Virus record (IMG/VR): IMGVR_UViG_3300034060_000856 | Coordinates: 1-64,000 of that record | DNA length: 64,000 bases | Direction: 5' to 3' (one strand) | From: a virus | Made by a program: the position numbers and the translations under genes | Shown here: positions 1 to 9,701 of the stretch, one piece after another | Numbering within the stretch: the first letter of the stretch is position 1 | Layout of the letters: the number at the start of each line of letters is the position of its first letter | The notes under the pieces: model-generated | The model's input: the letters and a program-made list of their open reading frames with translations, nothing else | What the model was told of the DNA's origin: nothing | Database searches by the model: none

Positions 1-301
1 AAAAACCCATTTGATCCAAATATGTTTAAAAACATTAATGAGTTAATGAAAAACTATCAAACAACACCACTATTACCAAAACAACCTATATTTGGTAATA
101 TGAAAAAATATATTTTTATTTTTGCCGGATTACTTTTTATGTCTGGATTTGGATTTGGTTTAATGATAGGTTTGTTATTCTAAAAAAAATTAATATGATA
201 AAGAAATTAAATAGATGGTTTGAACTCAACTGGGGTTGGTTCTTCATCAACGGAAGGAAACAAGAACAATGGAATGAATACTTAAAAAACAAATATAAAA
301 A

Positions 302-550
302 ATGAAAACAATAGAAGTAAATTTAGGGGTGGGGATGAATATGTTATTTCCAGAACCAATACAAATCGTTATTGACGATACATTTGAAAATAGATATAAA
401 AACTACCTTGAGTTTGTTAAAACCTTGGAAGATGTGGATTATGATTATATCACTGACGACCCAAATGAACATAAATTAAGAGAATTTACATTTGAAGAAT
501 TTGTTGAAGTGTGGGAAAGTAATACTAGGTTACAAGAACAATTTAAATAA
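302..550 (+). CDS. hypothetical protein
   Basis: ATG ORF in a tightly packed + strand run. Confidence 0.7.
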   Translation: MKTIEVNLGVGMNMLFPEPIQIVIDDTFENRYKNYLEFVKTLEDVDYDYITDDPNEHKLREFTFEEFVEVWESNTRLQEQFK

Positions 551-551
551 T

Positions 552-812
552 ATGGAAGCAGAAAAATTTGAACAAGCAAAAAAAATTAAAGGAGACCTTG
601 ATAGGTTGGAAACACAAAAGTATAAACTGGAATCCGCACTTAAATCTTGTAGTTTAGGAGCAACAATCGGATATTCAAGGGGAGGAGCTTATCCTAGTAA
701 ACAAGAGGTAAGTCTCTATAATAGGGATCTTATTAAAGAAATGATAACCAAAGCACTTGAGGGGTTGAATGAGGAAATAGATTTAGTGAAAGAAGAATTT
801 GAAAGATTATAA
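552..812 (+). CDS. hypothetical coiled-coil protein
   Basis: ATG at 552 right after the upstream stop (track start 492 overlaps the previous gene). Confidence 0.7.
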   Translation: MEAEKFEQAKKIKGDLDRLETQKYKLESALKSCSLGATIGYSRGGAYPSKQEVSLYNRDLIKEMITKALEGLNEEIDLVKEEFERL

Positions 813-813
813 T

Positions 814-1008
814 ATGGAAAAGACACCGGTTGAATGGTTAGTAGATGAAGGTATGAAATTATTAGTTCAAACTATGACAGGAACATTAAATGAAGACACT
901 ATTGAAGATGATGTTTATAGAATAGTAACTAAAGCCAAAGAAATGGAAAAAGAAAAATTAGAATCCCTTAAAGATTTTGATACTTGGAAAGAATGGAAAA
1001 ACTCATAA
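814..1008 (+). CDS. small phage protein (xTPVEWL N-terminus)
   Basis: MEKTPVEWL..AKEMEKE, a common phage small-protein pattern; related to 5049..5330. Confidence 0.7.
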   Translation: MEKTPVEWLVDEGMKLLVQTMTGTLNEDTIEDDVYRIVTKAKEMEKEKLESLKDFDTWKEWKNS

Positions 1009-1012
1009 TGAT

Positions 1013-1294
1013 ATGTATAGAATCAAAATACAAGAAAAAAATAATGGACAAAAAACTTACACACCACAAGTTGGAAAACTTGTAAAGGTTGGTAATTGGA
1101 TTAAAAAAAGACAAGAAATTGTTTGGTATACTATAGTTTATGCTCACCGTAACACATTTAGATTATCTGAAACAATAACTGTGGGATATGCCACCGAAGA
1201 TTCGGCATTAAAAGTTATTGATGATTATAAAAATAAAGATGGGATAGAAGAAGCTAATAAAGTTAAATCAACAACATATAAAACAATTGACTGA
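1013..1294 (+). CDS. hypothetical protein
   Basis: ATG at 1013, MYRIKIQE...YTPQV. Confidence 0.65.
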   Translation: MYRIKIQEKNNGQKTYTPQVGKLVKVGNWIKKRQEIVWYTIVYAHRNTFRLSETITVGYATEDSALKVIDDYKNKDGIEEANKVKSTTYKTID

Positions 1295-1676
1295 TGAGAA
1301 AATTTTATATATTTTTTTGGTGGTTATGGAATTATCCTGAAATAGTGTGGATGAAAATTAAATCATATTTTAAAAGATGACAGAAGAAACTAACTTTGAT
1401 AAGATCTACGATAAGATTGTTGAAGAACTACGTGGTAATCTAACAAATGAAGAATATAGAGAACTTATAACTCTTGAATATGTTGTATCACAAGGTTATG
1501 ATAGTCCAGGTGATGTTGAAAGGTATATGATATTAAGTAAAAAAAGATGACAGAAGAAGAAAAGGATATTAGAATAAAAGAACTTGAGGAATTTCTTGAA
1601 GAGGTTATAGAACATCCTTATATGTGTGGATCGCCAATATGGGAAGAAGGTTGGGAGTTATTAAATAAAGACAAAG

Positions 1677-2030
1677 ATGAATAAAGAACAGATTATTGAT
1701 GAGGTGTATGAAAACTACTCAAAGGAATATGAAAAGGATAATTCTATTGGGATGTGTCTTTTATATAAACGATTGGATGGTAAAAAAACCTACCGAAAGC
1801 CAGATAAAGAAATGTTTGTTGGGTTATGTAATCATGATAAAACATTCTCTGAAAAGTGGGGATTAAAGATTGAGGAACGAGAGTTGAGTTTGGAGGAAAG
1901 ATTTGAGTTATTCAAAAAACAAAATAATGGTTCACACCCTGAAGACATTGAAATTATGGATGACTATGATATCCCAACCAAACTAATCACACTAACATAC
2001 AACAACGAAACAATAGAAAGTTATGAATAA
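1677..2030 (+). CDS. paralogue 1 of FSEKWGLKIEERELSLEER family
   Basis: conserved blocks shared with 2023..2364 and the C-terminus of 2665..3285. Confidence 0.8.
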   Translation: MNKEQIIDEVYENYSKEYEKDNSIGMCLLYKRLDGKKTYRKPDKEMFVGLCNHDKTFSEKWGLKIEERELSLEERFELFKKQNNGSHPEDIEIMDDYDIPTKLITLTYNNETIESYE

Positions 2031-2364
2031 AGAAAGATACAATCAGATTATTGATGAGGTGTATGAGAATTTTGAAAAACAGTGTATTCCGGGTACAGGT
2101 AAAAAGATGTCAAAAGAAGGGTTCATTAATATTTGTAAAACCAATCCTGAGTTCTCTGAAAACTGTGGATTGAAGATTGAGGAACGAGAGTTGAGTTTGG
2201 AAGAAAGACAAGAATTACAAACAAAAATGTTTAATGGTCTTCATTATTTACATTATTCTTTAAATGGTGAAGAAGGTTTACATAAAGAATACGATAAACA
2301 AAACGTGCCTCGTAGAGTAATAACACTTGAATATAATAACGAAAAAACATATTATTATGAGTAA
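2023..2364 (+). CDS. paralogue 2 of FSEKWGLKIEERELSLEER family
   Basis: same conserved blocks. Confidence 0.8.
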   Translation: MNKERYNQIIDEVYENFEKQCIPGTGKKMSKEGFINICKTNPEFSENCGLKIEERELSLEERQELQTKMFNGLHYLHYSLNGEEGLHKEYDKQNVPRRVITLEYNNEKTYYYE

Positions 2365-2662
2365 AAGAGTTAAAATAGAAAATAATTGGAAAGCTGAACC
2401 TCTTGATCTATCTAATTGGTATGAAAGTCAAAAAAAACAAGAATTAGAAGAACAAGAACGAAAACGAACAGAAGAAGCATTAGAACAAGAACGAATTGAT
2501 AAAATAAATTGTCCTCTTTGCAAATCAACTGATAAGATACAAAGAATAAAAAGAAAAAGTAATGGAATAATGGGTCCAGGACATTCAAGTTGGATTACAG
2601 ATGATTACTTGGTTTGTAGAAGATGTGGAATACATTATGACGATGTTACAAAATTAAAATAA
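2357..2662 (+). CDS. Zn-ribbon protein
   Basis: CPLC...CRRC pairs. Confidence 0.7.
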   Translation: MSKRVKIENNWKAEPLDLSNWYESQKKQELEEQERKRTEEALEQERIDKINCPLCKSTDKIQRIKRKSNGIMGPGHSSWITDDYLVCRRCGIHYDDVTKLK

Positions 2663-2664
2663 CA

Positions 2665-3285
2665 ATGGGTGATAAAAAAATAATAACAGGAATTACGGTC
2701 TCTAAACAAAAAGTCAAAGCCGAAATGATTTTAGAAAATGTTGTTATACCAAGAGCCGAACTTTTTGAAATTAGAAAAACAAAAATAGATATGAATAAGG
2801 AAACAAAATTTAAGGTAGGTGACAAGGCTCACAAAACAAAGGGATATAAATTTCCTTGCACCATTGTGGGTGTATTTGAAACAATTAAAGGAGACATCAG
2901 AGTGGTTGGTGAAATGGATGAGTATGGATTACTACACATCTTCAACGAGGATCAATTGGAACATTACGGTAAAGACGAACCAGACTTATTGAATGAGGCT
3001 TATATGGATTATTACTGGATAATGGGGGATAAAATTAAAATAACACAAAATGAGTTCATCAACAAATGTAAAACAGATCCAGAGTTCTCTGAAAAGTGGG
3101 GATTAGAAATTGAAGAACGAGAGTTGAGTTTGGAAGAGAGAAAATCAATTTACGAAAAAGAATATACTGATGGTATGGAAGTCCCAAATAACAATTGGTT
3201 AAATTCAAAATTAACAACAAGAAACATCCCAACCAAACTAATCACAATCACATACATCGATAAAAAAATAGAAAGTTATGAGTAA
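2665..3285 (+). CDS. fusion of an SH3-like (DfrB/R67-like) domain and paralogue 3 of the FSEKWGL family
   Basis: FKVGDKAHK..GYKF..TIVGVF...GLLHIF then FSEKWGLEIEERELSLEER; alternative start at 2791. Confidence 0.65.
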   Translation: MGDKKIITGITVSKQKVKAEMILENVVIPRAELFEIRKTKIDMNKETKFKVGDKAHKTKGYKFPCTIVGVFETIKGDIRVVGEMDEYGLLHIFNEDQLEHYGKDEPDLLNEAYMDYYWIMGDKIKITQNEFINKCKTDPEFSEKWGLEIEERELSLEERKSIYEKEYTDGMEVPNNNWLNSKLTTRNIPTKLITITYIDKKIESYE

Positions 3286-3469
3286 ACACAGTATACAGAA
3301 TGATCCTGAAATCCAACAATGGATGGAAAATGAAAGGATAAGATATCATAATCAATCAAACGTAAGGATTCTAACAGATTTACTAGAATATCTTAAAGAA
3401 CAACATTCTAATCTACCAACACACGTATTTGAAGTATTAGGTGAAGTAATTGATGATTTAAAACAATAG
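3278..3469 (+). CDS. hypothetical protein
   Basis: overlapping start/stop coupling with neighbours. Confidence 0.6.
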   Translation: MSKHSIQNDPEIQQWMENERIRYHNQSNVRILTDLLEYLKEQHSNLPTHVFEVLGEVIDDLKQ

Positions 3470-3475
3470 AAAGGT

Positions 3476-4309
3476 ATGAATAAGGCCGACAAATATTATA
3501 TTCAAAATCTACAAAAAATTATATCAGAAGGGTCTTGGGATGAAAAACCGAGACCAAAATATTCTGACGGGACACCATCACACTCAAAGTTTATAACACA
3601 AGTGTTTGAAGAGTATGATATTTTAAAAGGTGAGTTTCCAATTACCACATTAAGAAACACAGCAATTAAAACCGGAATTAAAGAAATACTTTGGATATAC
3701 CAAAAACAAACTTCATCACTTGAGGTTGCTCGTGAATTGGGTATTAACTGGTGGGAAGAATGGAATATTGGTGATAATAGTATTGGGCAAAGATATGGCG
3801 CAACAATCAAAAGATACGATTTAATGAATAAATTACTTGATGGGTTAGTTAATGATCCATTTGGTAGGAGACACATTATTAGTATGTATCAGTATGTTGA
3901 TTTAGAAGAAACTAATGGGTTATTTCCTTGCGCATATGAAACAATTTGGTCTGTTAGAAAGGTAGGTGAAGATAAAGTGTTAGATATGACTTTAATTCAA
4001 AGATCAAACGATTACTTGGTTGCTGGATATATTAACAAGGTTCAATATTTGGCATTACAAATGATGATTGCAGGACATTGTGGTTATAAAGTTGGTAAGT
4101 TTTGTCATCTCGTTCAAAACCTTCATATATACGATAGACATTTTGATGGTGTTAGTGAATTATTAGATAGAACACCATTGGAAACTGATTTACCATACAT
4201 TGAGTTAACGGAGAATAAGAATTTTTATGACTACACAATTGATGATTTTAAAATCTATAATATTGATAAAATAATGAAAATAAATTCACAATTAGAACTA
4301 GCAATATGA
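3476..4309 (+). CDS. thyA: thymidylate synthase
   Basis: FPITT, EILW, GRRHII, LFPC catalytic Cys, QRSND, N, HIYDRH motifs. Confidence 0.96.
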   Translation: MNKADKYYIQNLQKIISEGSWDEKPRPKYSDGTPSHSKFITQVFEEYDILKGEFPITTLRNTAIKTGIKEILWIYQKQTSSLEVARELGINWWEEWNIGDNSIGQRYGATIKRYDLMNKLLDGLVNDPFGRRHIISMYQYVDLEETNGLFPCAYETIWSVRKVGEDKVLDMTLIQRSNDYLVAGYINKVQYLALQMMIAGHCGYKVGKFCHLVQNLHIYDRHFDGVSELLDRTPLETDLPYIELTENKNFYDYTIDDFKIYNIDKIMKINSQLELAI

Positions 4310-4518
4310 GTACACACAAACTAAACGCAATTAAAAACACATTTCCGGATCTTGATTTGGAAATACAAAAGGAAGTTGAACCACAAACACAACTGGAAGA
4401 ACTAAACGATTATTTGAGAATGTTGGCCGATATGGAAAATGTAACCATTAGAAGAAAGATTATGTTGTTGGAAGGATATACTAATTTAGTGGTTAAAAGA
4501 TTAAAGAATAAAAAATAG
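4306..4518 (+). CDS. hypothetical protein
   Basis: coupled to the thyA stop. Confidence 0.6.
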   Translation: MSTHKLNAIKNTFPDLDLEIQKEVEPQTQLEELNDYLRMLADMENVTIRRKIMLLEGYTNLVVKRLKNKK

Positions 4519-4600
4519 TATTTACACTGATCTTCATAGGGGTAAACCCCCAAATTTAATAAAATAATTTGTAAAAACCAAAAATCCTCATTATATTTGT
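4505..4600 (+). repeat. intergenic module copy 1 (hairpin plus host-type promoter)
   Basis: agaataaaaaatagtatttacactga.cttcataggggt..accccca repeated at 5324. Confidence 0.85.
4568..4599 (+). promoter_or_regulatory. Bacteroidota housekeeping-sigma promoter
   Basis: TTTG(4568)-N20-TATATTTG(4592). Confidence 0.8.
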
Positions 4601-4633
4601 TCTATAATTAAAAACAATTTAAAAAATAGAAAG

Positions 4634-4888
4634 ATGTTAGAAACAAAATATGTTATAGTAAATGGTTCTGCAATCGTATTTTCCGAAGCAATTACCCATA
4701 GTGATATGGTAGGTTATGGTCAGAAGGCTGAAGGTGCAGGTTTTGTTAGATTTGAAGCTGCGAAAGACCCTGAGTATGGAGATACCATAGTTGTTGCAAA
4801 ATGTTATGGAAGATCAATCTCATTAAATGTTGATTCTCGTGAAGAAGACTCAATGATTGTAACACGTCAAATTTGTGGAAATTATTAA
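4634..4888 (+). CDS. hypothetical phage protein
   Basis: ATG ORF after promoter; KYVIV..IVF...H..GAGF..CYG.S.SL. Confidence 0.75.
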   Translation: MLETKYVIVNGSAIVFSEAITHSDMVGYGQKAEGAGFVRFEAAKDPEYGDTIVVAKCYGRSISLNVDSREEDSMIVTRQICGNY

Positions 4889-5048
4889 CAATTAAAATTA
4901 GAATAAAATGAGAAAAAACACGGATTGGAAGGAATTTATTCCACAAGAAACTAAAGATGAATGTACTGATTCATTAAAGCTAAACCTTAAAGATGTAGAA
5001 GAAATACTTGAAAGGTGTAAAGAAATTATTAACAGTTAAATCAGAATA

Positions 5049-5330
5049 ATGAAACAGACAGCAATGCAAGAATTAAAAAGTGATTTAATACTTACTAAAT
5101 CACGTACTAAAGATTCTTTATCAGAAATTGAAAATCAAGAAATAAAAGATGCGTGTATAAAGGTTGTTGAAATGACTTTAAACAGTATTATTAAAAGAAT
5201 TGATGATGAACTTTTAAAAATGGAGAAGGAGCAGATTATGAGTGTTTATGCCGATGGTAGAATATCTGTAATAAGTAATAAAATAATTGGTTACGAAGAG
5301 TATTACAACGAAACCTTTAGATCAGAATAA
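5049..5330 (+). CDS. small phage protein (MKQTA...EKEQI family)
   Basis: MKQTAMQ...MEKEQI...EEYYNETF pattern. Confidence 0.75.
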   Translation: MKQTAMQELKSDLILTKSRTKDSLSEIENQEIKDACIKVVEMTLNSIIKRIDDELLKMEKEQIMSVYADGRISVISNKIIGYEEYYNETFRSE

Positions 5331-5420
5331 AAAATAGTATTTACACTGAGCTTCATAGGGGTTTACCCCCATATTAACTAAAAATACTTTTCAAATCAAA
5401 ATAGATTGTTTAAGTTTGTA
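5324..5420 (+). repeat. intergenic module copy 2
   Basis: near-identical to 4505-4552, followed by TAAGTTTG. Confidence 0.85.
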
Positions 5421-5618
5421 TAAGAAATTAAAAAATAAAAAATGAAAAGATTAAATGTAAAACTAATTAAATGGATTTCAAATAAATTGGGATTCAAAAT
5501 TGTTATGGTTAGAATTGGTAATGGTAATATTGATATTGAAGGTGATAAAGAATTAATGAGGTATACAGACATTTCTGGTTACACATTCAAGAAAGACCCA
5601 TTAAAAAGAAAATAAAAA

Positions 5619-5870
5619 ATGATACACCAAATTAAAACATCAACCAATAAAATTCTTGTGGAACTAAAAGTTATTGATCACGGAACAGAATTTTATACTT
5701 CAAACGAACTGTCAACACTCAGACAAAAAATAACTGAAGCAAACAAAGAACACGGTTTACAGTTTGGAAATGATTTCTCATCTTTAGAAGGAATCAAAAA
5801 AGAATTGATTGAAGAAACATTTAAAGATGTGAGTGAGAATTGGGGTTTAAAATATGAAATAAACAATTAA
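5619..5870 (+). CDS. hypothetical protein
   Basis: ATG ORF with A-rich upstream sequence. Confidence 0.65.
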   Translation: MIHQIKTSTNKILVELKVIDHGTEFYTSNELSTLRQKITEANKEHGLQFGNDFSSLEGIKKELIEETFKDVSENWGLKYEINN

Positions 5871-5967
5871 AATAAGAAAATGAAATTAGAAGAATTGGAA
5901 AACCAACCTATGATTGATGAGGTTGAAGAAGAAATAAACAGCACAATGTGTGAATCAATATAATAAT

Positions 5968-6225
5968 ATGAAATATAGAAAAAAACCAGTAGAAATTGAT
6001 GCGATACAATGGGTATCTGATAACATTGAACAAGTATATGAAATGTTAGGTGATAATCTAATAATAAATACAGATGAAGATAAAGATGAGGTAAAACATT
6101 TCATTAACACATTGGAAGGTAAAATGGAGATGTCTTGGGGTGACTACATAATCAAAGGAGTTAAGGGTGAATTTTATCCGTGTAAACCAGATATTTTTGA
6201 ATTAACTTACGAAATGGTAGAATAA
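5968..6225 (+). CDS. conserved phage protein (KYRKKPV.I.A.Q...GEFYPCKPDIF..TY)
   Basis: widely conserved phage motif set. Confidence 0.85.
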   Translation: MKYRKKPVEIDAIQWVSDNIEQVYEMLGDNLIINTDEDKDEVKHFINTLEGKMEMSWGDYIIKGVKGEFYPCKPDIFELTYEMVE

Positions 6226-6303
6226 ACAAATGAAAAAACTATTTAAATTTTTAGGTTGGTTAGAACAACAAAGAATAAACGCGATGTCACAATCCGGTAG
6301 AGG

Positions 6304-6540
6304 ATGGGTATAAAACGTATTCACGTTAATCAACACAATGTTAGGTCCAATAAAACAAAGGACACGGATCTTCCTGTAATAACAATTAAGGAAGGTAAGA
6401 CAAACACATATTGCAATGAAGTGGAAATACTTGGACCAAGTTTAATAAGGTATTGTGGTAGTGGAGATAAAAAACCAATACTTTCTTGTGGTGCCAGAGT
6501 GGTAATAGAAACTGAAAGTGAAATAAGAATTATTAGTTAA
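6304..6540 (+). CDS. conserved phage protein
   Basis: RIHVNQH...PVITIK...LSCGARV.IET pattern. Confidence 0.8.
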   Translation: MGIKRIHVNQHNVRSNKTKDTDLPVITIKEGKTNTYCNEVEILGPSLIRYCGSGDKKPILSCGARVVIETESEIRIIS

Positions 6541-6573
6541 TATTTATAAAAATAAACAAACAAATTAAAAAAA

Positions 6574-7452
6574 ATGGAAGTACTAAAAAAAGGTAGTAAG
6601 GGCGAATCAGTTAGAACCTTACAAGAGTTTTTAAAAATTACAGTTGATGGTGACTTTGGGTCAAAAACTGAAAGTGCAGTTAAAGCATTTCAAAAGAAAA
6701 CTGGGTTAACAGTAGATGGTGTTGTAGGTAAGAGTACATGGGCTGTTATGGGTATTTTAAATACCGATAATGCAGAAAATAGTGAAGTACAATCTGCGTT
6801 ACAAATCACTAAACATTATATGCCAAAAGGAACTTATTTTGAAGGACCTGTAAAAAAACAATGGATATTCTTACATCACACAGCAGGATGGGAAAATCCA
6901 TATCAAGTTGCGGATATGTGGGCTAGAGATAACCGTGGAAATGTTGCAACAGAATTTATATTAGGTGGACAATCGGTTAAAAACGGAAATACAAAATTTG
7001 ATGGTGAATTAATCCAATGTTTTCCAGAAGGTGGTTATGGTTGGCACACAGGAACCGGAAACTCGGTTATGCACAGAAACTCTGTTGCTATTGAGGTATG
7101 TAATATGGGACAAATTGTTAATGGTAAGACTTATGTAAATACACCAGCGGATCCATCACAAATCGTAAAATTAGCAAAACCATTTAGGGGTTTTCAGTTT
7201 TGGCATCGTTATTCAGATGAACAAATTAGAGTGTTAAGGAATTGGATTTTATATTGTGCAAATAAATACAATATTGATCCAAGAGTTGGATTAGTAGAGT
7301 ACGTTAAAGCTAAAGGTGCTGATGGATTTGATGTTTTAGACTTAGCAAAAGCTAACTCAACACCAGGAATGTATTCACATACAAATATTATTAGAGGTAA
7401 AGTGGATATGTTTCCACAACAAGAATTAATTGATATGTTACTTAGCTTGTAG
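6574..7452 (+). CDS. N-acetylmuramoyl-L-alanine amidase (PG-binding + Amidase_2), probable endolysin
   Basis: LQ..L...DG.FG..T..AVK.FQ...GL.VDG.VG PG-binding domain; LHHTAG, IEVCN, SH...K.D Zn motifs; TATTTAT at 6541. Confidence 0.9.
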   Translation: MEVLKKGSKGESVRTLQEFLKITVDGDFGSKTESAVKAFQKKTGLTVDGVVGKSTWAVMGILNTDNAENSEVQSALQITKHYMPKGTYFEGPVKKQWIFLHHTAGWENPYQVADMWARDNRGNVATEFILGGQSVKNGNTKFDGELIQCFPEGGYGWHTGTGNSVMHRNSVAIEVCNMGQIVNGKTYVNTPADPSQIVKLAKPFRGFQFWHRYSDEQIRVLRNWILYCANKYNIDPRVGLVEYVKAKGADGFDVLDLAKANSTPGMYSHTNIIRGKVDMFPQQELIDMLLSL

Positions 7453-7453
7453 T

Positions 7454-8065
7454 TTAATGTTCCAAGTGATTAATTAGAACACCGCCCAGTGTTGATGTAT
7501 GAACCATAAGATTATTTATTACTTCATCATCTAACTGGGTTTTATTTTTAGTATAATCTATACCTAAAACACCAATGAATTTATTGTCAATTGTTTTAAT
7601 TGCAAAAAGATACCCAGATTTACAACCACTTTCTTCGGCACTATATTTCAAACCATATGTTGCAATTGTAGGATCCCCAAAATCAGGAACTTCAATTATA
7701 TCCGCAATTACAAGTTGATTTAATGATTTAGAAAAAAGATGTACTGGAATGTTTTGATAATTACTTTGAACAGATAAAACACCAGTACTTACCGATTCAT
7801 ACATAATTGAAAATTTTGTAATTGACTTACCGGTTGGATAAAAATGACCACCATTATGAAACTGGGTAACCCAAACTCTATCCGCTTTAACACCTTCTTT
7901 TATTTCATCTATTTTGTGTGTTACTAATTCACTTATTCTTAAAGCATCCACAACCATATCTGGTTTTTTCTTTCTTTTGTCTAAAATTGTTTTAAAGTAT
8001 AATACCGATATTGGCCCCAAAACTCCTGTTGTAAATGCAACCCCTAACTCAACCCAACTATTCAT
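7454..8065 (-). CDS. N-terminal TM + GAF-like domain protein (candidate T4 T-like holin)
   Basis: hydrophobic N-terminus, ADRVWV.QFHNGG, FIGVLGIDY; lies between two cell-wall enzymes. Confidence 0.65.
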   Translation of the reverse strand: MNSWVELGVAFTTGVLGPISVLYFKTILDKRKKKPDMVVDALRISELVTHKIDEIKEGVKADRVWVTQFHNGGHFYPTGKSITKFSIMYESVSTGVLSVQSNYQNIPVHLFSKSLNQLVIADIIEVPDFGDPTIATYGLKYSAEESGCKSGYLFAIKTIDNKFIGVLGIDYTKNKTQLDDEVINNLMVHTSTLGGVLINHLEH

Positions 8066-8137
8066 ATAAATGTTTTTACTTAATAAATATATTAAAGTTT
8101 TAAAAGATATTCATATTTATTTATAAATTATAAAATT

Positions 8138-8746
8138 ATGTGTTATACAAGAGAACAAATTGAAACAGCTGTGAAAAACAAAGGATTTAAATGGTTTGAA
8201 GACACCGCTAACAAAAGTTACGATGTGAATATCATTGGGGTTAGAAATAACACACCAACTGTCTATAAAAAAGTAACAAACGTGTTTGACGATTGTATTA
8301 CAGTTACATTCAAAGACGAGAAAGGTATTTTACAATTTTATTATTGGATGGCAACAACTGATCCCGGTAAAAAAGGAGTTCAACAGTTTCACAATAAAAA
8401 AGGTGTCGCAAGATTAATTCCTGGTCAATACCGAACAACGTATGCAATTGATAAACATCAAGGTAAATATGACGCACTTTGTCAAAGATTAGGTGAAGTT
8501 ACAGTTTGGAGAGACGCAAATAAAGATCTAATTTTTGAAGAAAAAGTGACTGACACTGGTATGTTCGGTATTAATATACATAAAGCAGGTACAGACTCAA
8601 CTTGGGTTGAAAATTGGAGTGAAGGATGTCAAGTATTTAAAAGAGTAAAAGATTTTGACCAATTTATGTCAATATGTAAAAAGGCCGCAAAAATTCACGG
8701 TAACAAATTTTCTTACACACTTTTAGAATCAACAGATATTAAATAA
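8138..8746 (+). CDS. YkuD/L,D-transpeptidase-like Cys enzyme
   Basis: GINIHKAG...WSEGCQV resembles the H..S.GC motif. Confidence 0.6.
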   Translation: MCYTREQIETAVKNKGFKWFEDTANKSYDVNIIGVRNNTPTVYKKVTNVFDDCITVTFKDEKGILQFYYWMATTDPGKKGVQQFHNKKGVARLIPGQYRTTYAIDKHQGKYDALCQRLGEVTVWRDANKDLIFEEKVTDTGMFGINIHKAGTDSTWVENWSEGCQVFKRVKDFDQFMSICKKAAKIHGNKFSYTLLESTDIK

Positions 8747-8747
8747 G

Positions 8748-8831
8748 TTATTTATCCTCATAAGTCAAATAAGAAATCAATAAAATACCAATCATTACAA
8801 CTGGTACAATAAACGCTACAACAATTTCCAT
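8748..8831 (-). CDS. 27-aa hydrophobic peptide
   Basis: MEIVVAFIVPVVMIGILLISYLTYEDK; TATATTTG upstream on the minus strand. Confidence 0.5.
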   Translation of the reverse strand: MEIVVAFIVPVVMIGILLISYLTYEDK

Positions 8832-8887
8832 AGTTTTTGTTTTTATATAATTAATAAACAAATATACAAAAATTTAACCAAATGAAC

Positions 8888-8920
8888 AAGGATATGATTT
8901 TATTTATCATATCCTTTTTT
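8888..8920. terminator. intrinsic terminator
   Basis: aaggatatga/tcatatcctt stem plus T run. Confidence 0.7.
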
Positions 8921-8949
8921 TATTCTAATATTTTTTATATATTTGTCCT

Positions 8950-9648
8950 ATGATTAAAAAAATAACGTTCATTTCGGACACTCACACCAAACACGAAAAA
9001 CTAAATAGTTTTTTACCTGGTGGTGATATTCTTATTCACGCAGGTGATCTAACTAGTAGGGGTTATATCACTGAAATAGAAAACTTTTTTAAGTGGTACG
9101 ACAAAATAGATAATTACGATACCAAAGTGTTTATATGTGGTAATCACGATTTTGGTTTTCAAGAAGATTTAGAAAAAGTAAAAGGATTACTCACTGGTTA
9201 TAAGACCATAGACTATCTTCAAGATGATTGGATGATGGCGGGTGAGGATTACGAAAAACTAGTGAAGATCTGGGGCAGTCCTTGGCAACCGGAATTTCAT
9301 AACTGGGCATTTAACCTACCTCGTGGTGAAAAGATAAAAGAAAAATGGGATATGATACCAACTGATGTTGATATATTAATAACCCACGGACCACCATTGG
9401 GAAAACTTGATTATGTTAGATATTCTAATGAAAACGTTGGTTGTGAAGAATTGGTAAAACGAATTGAGGAAATCAAACCTAAAATCCACGTATTTGGGCA
9501 CATCCACGAAGGTTATGGTTATGTGTTTGATGGTAATACTCATTACATCAATGCGGCAGTCTTAAATGGTCGTTATGAATACCAAAATAAACCCTTAACA
9601 ATTAATTGGGATCCAGAAACAAATGAAATTGAGTTTGTTCAAGTATAA
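8950..9648 (+). CDS. calcineurin-like metallophosphoesterase (MPPED/239FB-like)
   Basis: SDTH, HAGD, GNHD, THGPP, FGHIHE. Confidence 0.93.
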   Translation: MIKKITFISDTHTKHEKLNSFLPGGDILIHAGDLTSRGYITEIENFFKWYDKIDNYDTKVFICGNHDFGFQEDLEKVKGLLTGYKTIDYLQDDWMMAGEDYEKLVKIWGSPWQPEFHNWAFNLPRGEKIKEKWDMIPTDVDILITHGPPLGKLDYVRYSNENVGCEELVKRIEEIKPKIHVFGHIHEGYGYVFDGNTHYINAAVLNGRYEYQNKPLTINWDPETNEIEFVQV

Positions 9649-9701
9649 TTTACTAAATTGTTAAATTCCGTAATATTTATAATAAATTAAAATATAAAAG
9701 T

